A stretch of 63,942 bases of DNA, the filler included, from Nemertoderma westbladi (Eukaryota; Animalia; Xenacoelomorpha): NCBI GenBank assembly GCA_032718475.1. It is 3 parts of 3 records of this genome, joined end to end, with 100 filler letters (N's around TTAATTAATTAA, not from the genome) between each part and the next. Parts side by side here need not be neighbours in the genome. Positions count along the whole stretch, not along the records: positions 55,506 to 63,942 come from JAUCBJ010004148.1; 2 more parts are not named here. The stretch is one strand, 5' to 3'. The position numbers and the translations under genes were made by a program. The first letter of the stretch is position 1; each line of letters starts with the position of its first letter. A model generated the notes under the pieces. That model did no database searches and had not been told where the DNA came from. It saw nothing but the letters and a program-made list of their open reading frames with translations. This document shows, piece after piece, positions 59,990 through 63,942 of this stretch.

Positions 59990-60569
59990 GTGAGCATTTT
60001 GTTATTTTAAAATTATAATTGATATTTTTACTAGATTATTGATCTTTATATCCATCTTCATCTATATATTATACTGATTCTTGATGGATATCAGGTTTAC
60101 TGACCATACTAACATTACTTTATACCAGCTTTTCGCCAGATAATACCAGTATACAAGTGTATGTACTACAAACAGGCCTCTGTTGTTGTCATAACATATG
60201 TTGTTGTCACCATATCATCAAACATTCAACACTGTCTGAGTGTCTGACATTTTCCAGTAAGGGTTGGTATTGGTAGGCTGCAGCCTATACCCGATATGCA
60301 CTCTCCATAAAGCCATGTTATCTTTAATTAACAAAATGTGACAAGAGAAATTTGAGAGAGCTCAGAAACTGTTATCTAGCATAGATGAGGATGCATCCAG
60401 TATTGGCCTGTAAGTAAATAGTCAACCTTCCTTTGGGGAATATATCAATTGTGGTCAAGATTCCATTAACAATAAAGTCATGAATTCAGTCTTGGTAGCA
60501 TTTAAATGCAATCAAACCTCCTTACCCTATCCATAAGAGGAATACCAATTTAACTATATCTTACAACAT

Positions 60570-62850
60570 GTGCAAACACCTTATTGTAGTCCAAACCTTG
60601 CATCTGAGAGAATCCTTGAGCAACTAAGTGGGCCTTGTACCTATGAATATTTCCTTCACTGTCGCGTTTTATTTTAAATACCCACCTACTTCCAACAAGA
60701 TTCTTTCATTTTGGTAACTGAACCAAATCCCAAGTATTCCTTTTGACCAAAGATTCAATCTCATCATCCAATGCCACTTCCCATTGTTCAATATTATCAC
60801 TATTAAGAGCCTCATCATAGCTAATTGGTTCATTTCCATCAGCTAGAGAAGCATATTCTGCATCTGCATATTCCTCATCTTGTGCAGATTTGATATGGTC
60901 ATGATGCCAGTCTCTGTTCTCCCACAAATTACATATCATACAATTACATATCCCCTGGAGCTCTCACTGGTCGTTTATGAACCCTGACAGGCCTCACTAC
61001 TGGAGATGCTTGAGGTTGCTCTCCCACTGATTCTGGCTGTCCATGCTCATGCAGAGGGAAGACGTTTTCAAAAATGCTATAATCCTCTTTTTCATTACAA
61101 CCAAACACATCCTGGATAAACTATACATCTCTACTGATTTCAATTTTTTTAGTAGTTAGGATTGAACAATCTATATCCTTTGCGGCTACTACAATATCCA
61201 ACAAAACGACACCTTGTTGACTTAGAATCCAGCTTACGGTTCTCATTTGGTACATGCATAAAAACATCACACCCAAACACACGTAAGTCACTGACATCGG
61301 GTTACTTGCCATGCCCCGCTTTAAATGGGGTTTGACCACTTACTGCCGATGTTGGACTACAATTCCGCTGATAGACAGCTGTTGCGACTGCTTCAGCCCA
61401 AAATTGTTTAGGGAGTCCTGAGCTATGTAACATTGAACATACACTCTCCATTATTGTGCGATTTGCTCATCCTGCAACACCATTCTGCTGTGGTGTTCTT
61501 CACACAGTGAGTTCATGTTTAATTCCCCTATCCTTACAGTAAGCATTAATCTCCCCAGAAACATACTCCCCACCATTGTCACTACGAATACACTTGAGGT
61601 GCTCTTTGGTTCTGAGGCAAAACACAGTTATATACCTCAAATAATCATCTACAAACGTCATAAAAAGTAACACGATTTTCCAATCGACTCCACTGGCAAA
61701 CACCCACACAGATAACTGTGCACCAGCTCAAGTACATCAACTTTACGTTATTCTGACAGTTTTGGTAATGGCAGCTGATGTTGTTTCCCTGCAAGACATG
61801 ATTCACTTGTTTTCATACAAAATTTAGTAGTTGGCAGTTTGAGCCCAGTTACTAACTCATCTTTAAGCAATTGTTGAAGACTCCCCTGGTTTAGGTGCCC
61901 ATAAACGCCTTACAAAACTGGTACAACTTCCCATGCAGCTCTCCAACTATCAATGCCTGACCCCCTTTCGAGATCCGACATTGTCCATTTCGGAACTCGA
62001 TCTTTGCATTACGAGAATCTGCAGCTCGCACAGAAAACAGATTTCATGCTAAATCTGGTATATGCAGCACATCATGCAGTGCCACTTGGTTGGGTTTACC
62101 ATCTGCAATAACATTCAAATTCATGTTACCTTGACCAATAGCATGAACAACTCGTCCATCACCAAGAAATATTGGCATTTTCAGAAAATTGTAAGTGATA
62201 AACTTTGTATTATCATTACTCATATAGAGAGAAGCACCAGAATCAATGCACCAGTTACTCATATTAACAGCACCACCATCTAATGCGAAACGTCCTACTG
62301 GAATCTTTCCACATTGAATTACAATCAGATTTTCGGGAGGAGTTAGAATTGCATTCATGTGAGTGCCCTAGAGCTCCACATTTAAAACATTTCCCAGGCT
62401 TCCTATTAGGGTTCTTATCCACTTATCCTGCCCTAATATGAGTGCTCAAAAGCGTTTTCAGATTTATGGCTACCAGTTAACTTTGAGTGGTGATCCTTCT
62501 CTTCCTCATGAATGCAACGATCATGGATCATACTCCAAGTTAGATCCTCCGGTTTTAAACCTCCAATAACGTCACCAACATTTTATACGATTTTGATAAA
62601 CTTGCAAGCAAAACCAGTGCCATTTCATTGTCTGACACACCATGCCCTATTGCCTTCAAATGGTCACCAACATGCCATAGCTCATTTATGTGTTCTAGAC
62701 AGGATTCACCATCTATCATATTCTTACCATATAACTTTTGCCTATATATTATGACATGTGCTATGGTAGTTTTCTCGAAATGATGATTTAGAAAATCCCA
62801 TGCCTCCTTTTCAGTCTGTGCATCAGCCACATTACTACTACTAGGATCGG
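60570..62850 (-). mobile_element. Degenerate Ty1/Copia LTR retrotransposon internal region
   Basis: Copia domain order: gag (AWDFL..FEK..LLASL), protease WCIDSGAS, integrase FVDD/IRSDNGGEY, RT start EPISYDEAL...NTWDLV...RWVFKIK..RYKA. Confidence 0.9.
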
Positions 62851-62929
62851 CATGCTGCATTGCAGCTGCATTTTTAAGAATGCTGTGCCGGCTTGTCAAC
62901 AAAATTGCACCGCCACAACTCCCATCACC

Positions 62930-63942
62930 CATGACATTTGCTAGATCATCCGCATCTTTAAGGCCAGTGTCCTTTAAGATGCGTCTCAAGAAAGTCATGG
63001 GCTGTCCACCATGCTTATTCACTCCATGAGGCTGCCAAAGTACAAGATTATGCACTGGCTGGTCCTCACGGCGAAAGCAATGTCCTGCAAAGCGGAGGCG
63101 ATTTTGTTCTAGTGTCAGGCTTGAGGAACCAATGAGACACCTCCAATGTTATATAGTGTCTGGTTGGAGATGTGTGCATTGTACTTGACACAATGAACCC
63201 GGCGTAGCATTCTTGTGAATGTGCCATCCAGAGATTTGGTGTCCTCAGCAGTTAGAGCCCAGCATGGACTCCCGTAGAGGAGTACTGGAACTACTGCTGC
63301 TCTAAATAATCGGACCTTAAGTTTCCGATTAATTCTCGGTGACTTCCAAATCCTGGAAAGCCTATTCAAGGCTGCCCATGCCTTTCCCTTATGTATTCGA
63401 AGGTCCTCACCTGACTTCCGGATCCATGATCCCAGGTAACAGAAGTCGCCCACATGCTCAAGCATACCATCCTTTGAGCTTATGCTCATCCGATCAGAGA
63501 CTTGCTGAGGACTTTCAAAGTTAACTGTCAGAATTTTGGTCTTTCTGGAGTTAATAAAAAGACCAACACTAGAAGCAGCATGTTCTAATGAGCTGAGGAG
63601 CCGTTGGGCTCCCTCTAATGATTCTGAGAGTACTCCTAAGTCATCAGCAAAGTCTAGATCAGTTCGGTACTTGGCAGGATTTCCTCGACTTCTGGAGCCA
63701 GTAGGTGGAGTTATCATCACCCCATCATCATTATAATTATCTAAGGACATGCGTAGAACATAGTCAACCACAATAATGAACAAGAATGGTGCAAGTGTGT
63801 CTCCTTGGGGAGGACGCCCCATAACACTTCAAATGTGTCACCGTCAACAGTAGACACAAATGTTGTCGAACCATCGTATACTGATCTGATTGCTGCAATA
63901 ATTTCATCAGGAATCCCATATAATGAAAGTATGCTGAACATA
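62930..63942 (-). mobile_element. RTE-like LINE RT and 3' region, next to the Copia gag
   Basis: QGDTLAPFLF, DLDFADD, GLFINSRKTK, FCYLGS, RLRFAGHCFR; contains frameshifts. Confidence 0.92.

Overview
AT-rich animal (metazoan) genomic DNA in three segments (1-30965, 31066-55405, 55506-63942), joined by artificial 100-nt N/TTAATTAATTAA/N linkers, so adjacency across the joins is unproven. Protein genes: first coding exon of a TAO kinase; intronless PP5 (with an unusual N-terminal hydrophobic anchor), mitochondrial TyrRS, Drosha, MOCOS, prosaposin and a 2-LIM Ajuba/WTIP-like gene; a 2-exon rhodopsin-type GPCR; 2-exon KMO; the last five exons of lysyl-tRNA synthetase; and two exons of a beta/gamma-crystallin-domain gene that the ORF track does not resolve. 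Intergenic DNA is packed with MITEs (several with 9-bp TSDs), tRNA-derived SINEs, minisatellites, and RTE-like, CRE-like and Copia remnants. Most notable: (1) an inverted pair of short Pol III-type units, each with a minimal hammerhead ribozyme between the A and B boxes; (2) tandem arrays copying the exon end plus 5' splice site in two neighbouring genes; (3) five genes apparently nested in one KARS intron; (4) a minisatellite built from a SINE A-box; (5) a possibly membrane-anchored PP5. All calls were made by eye; no searches were run.
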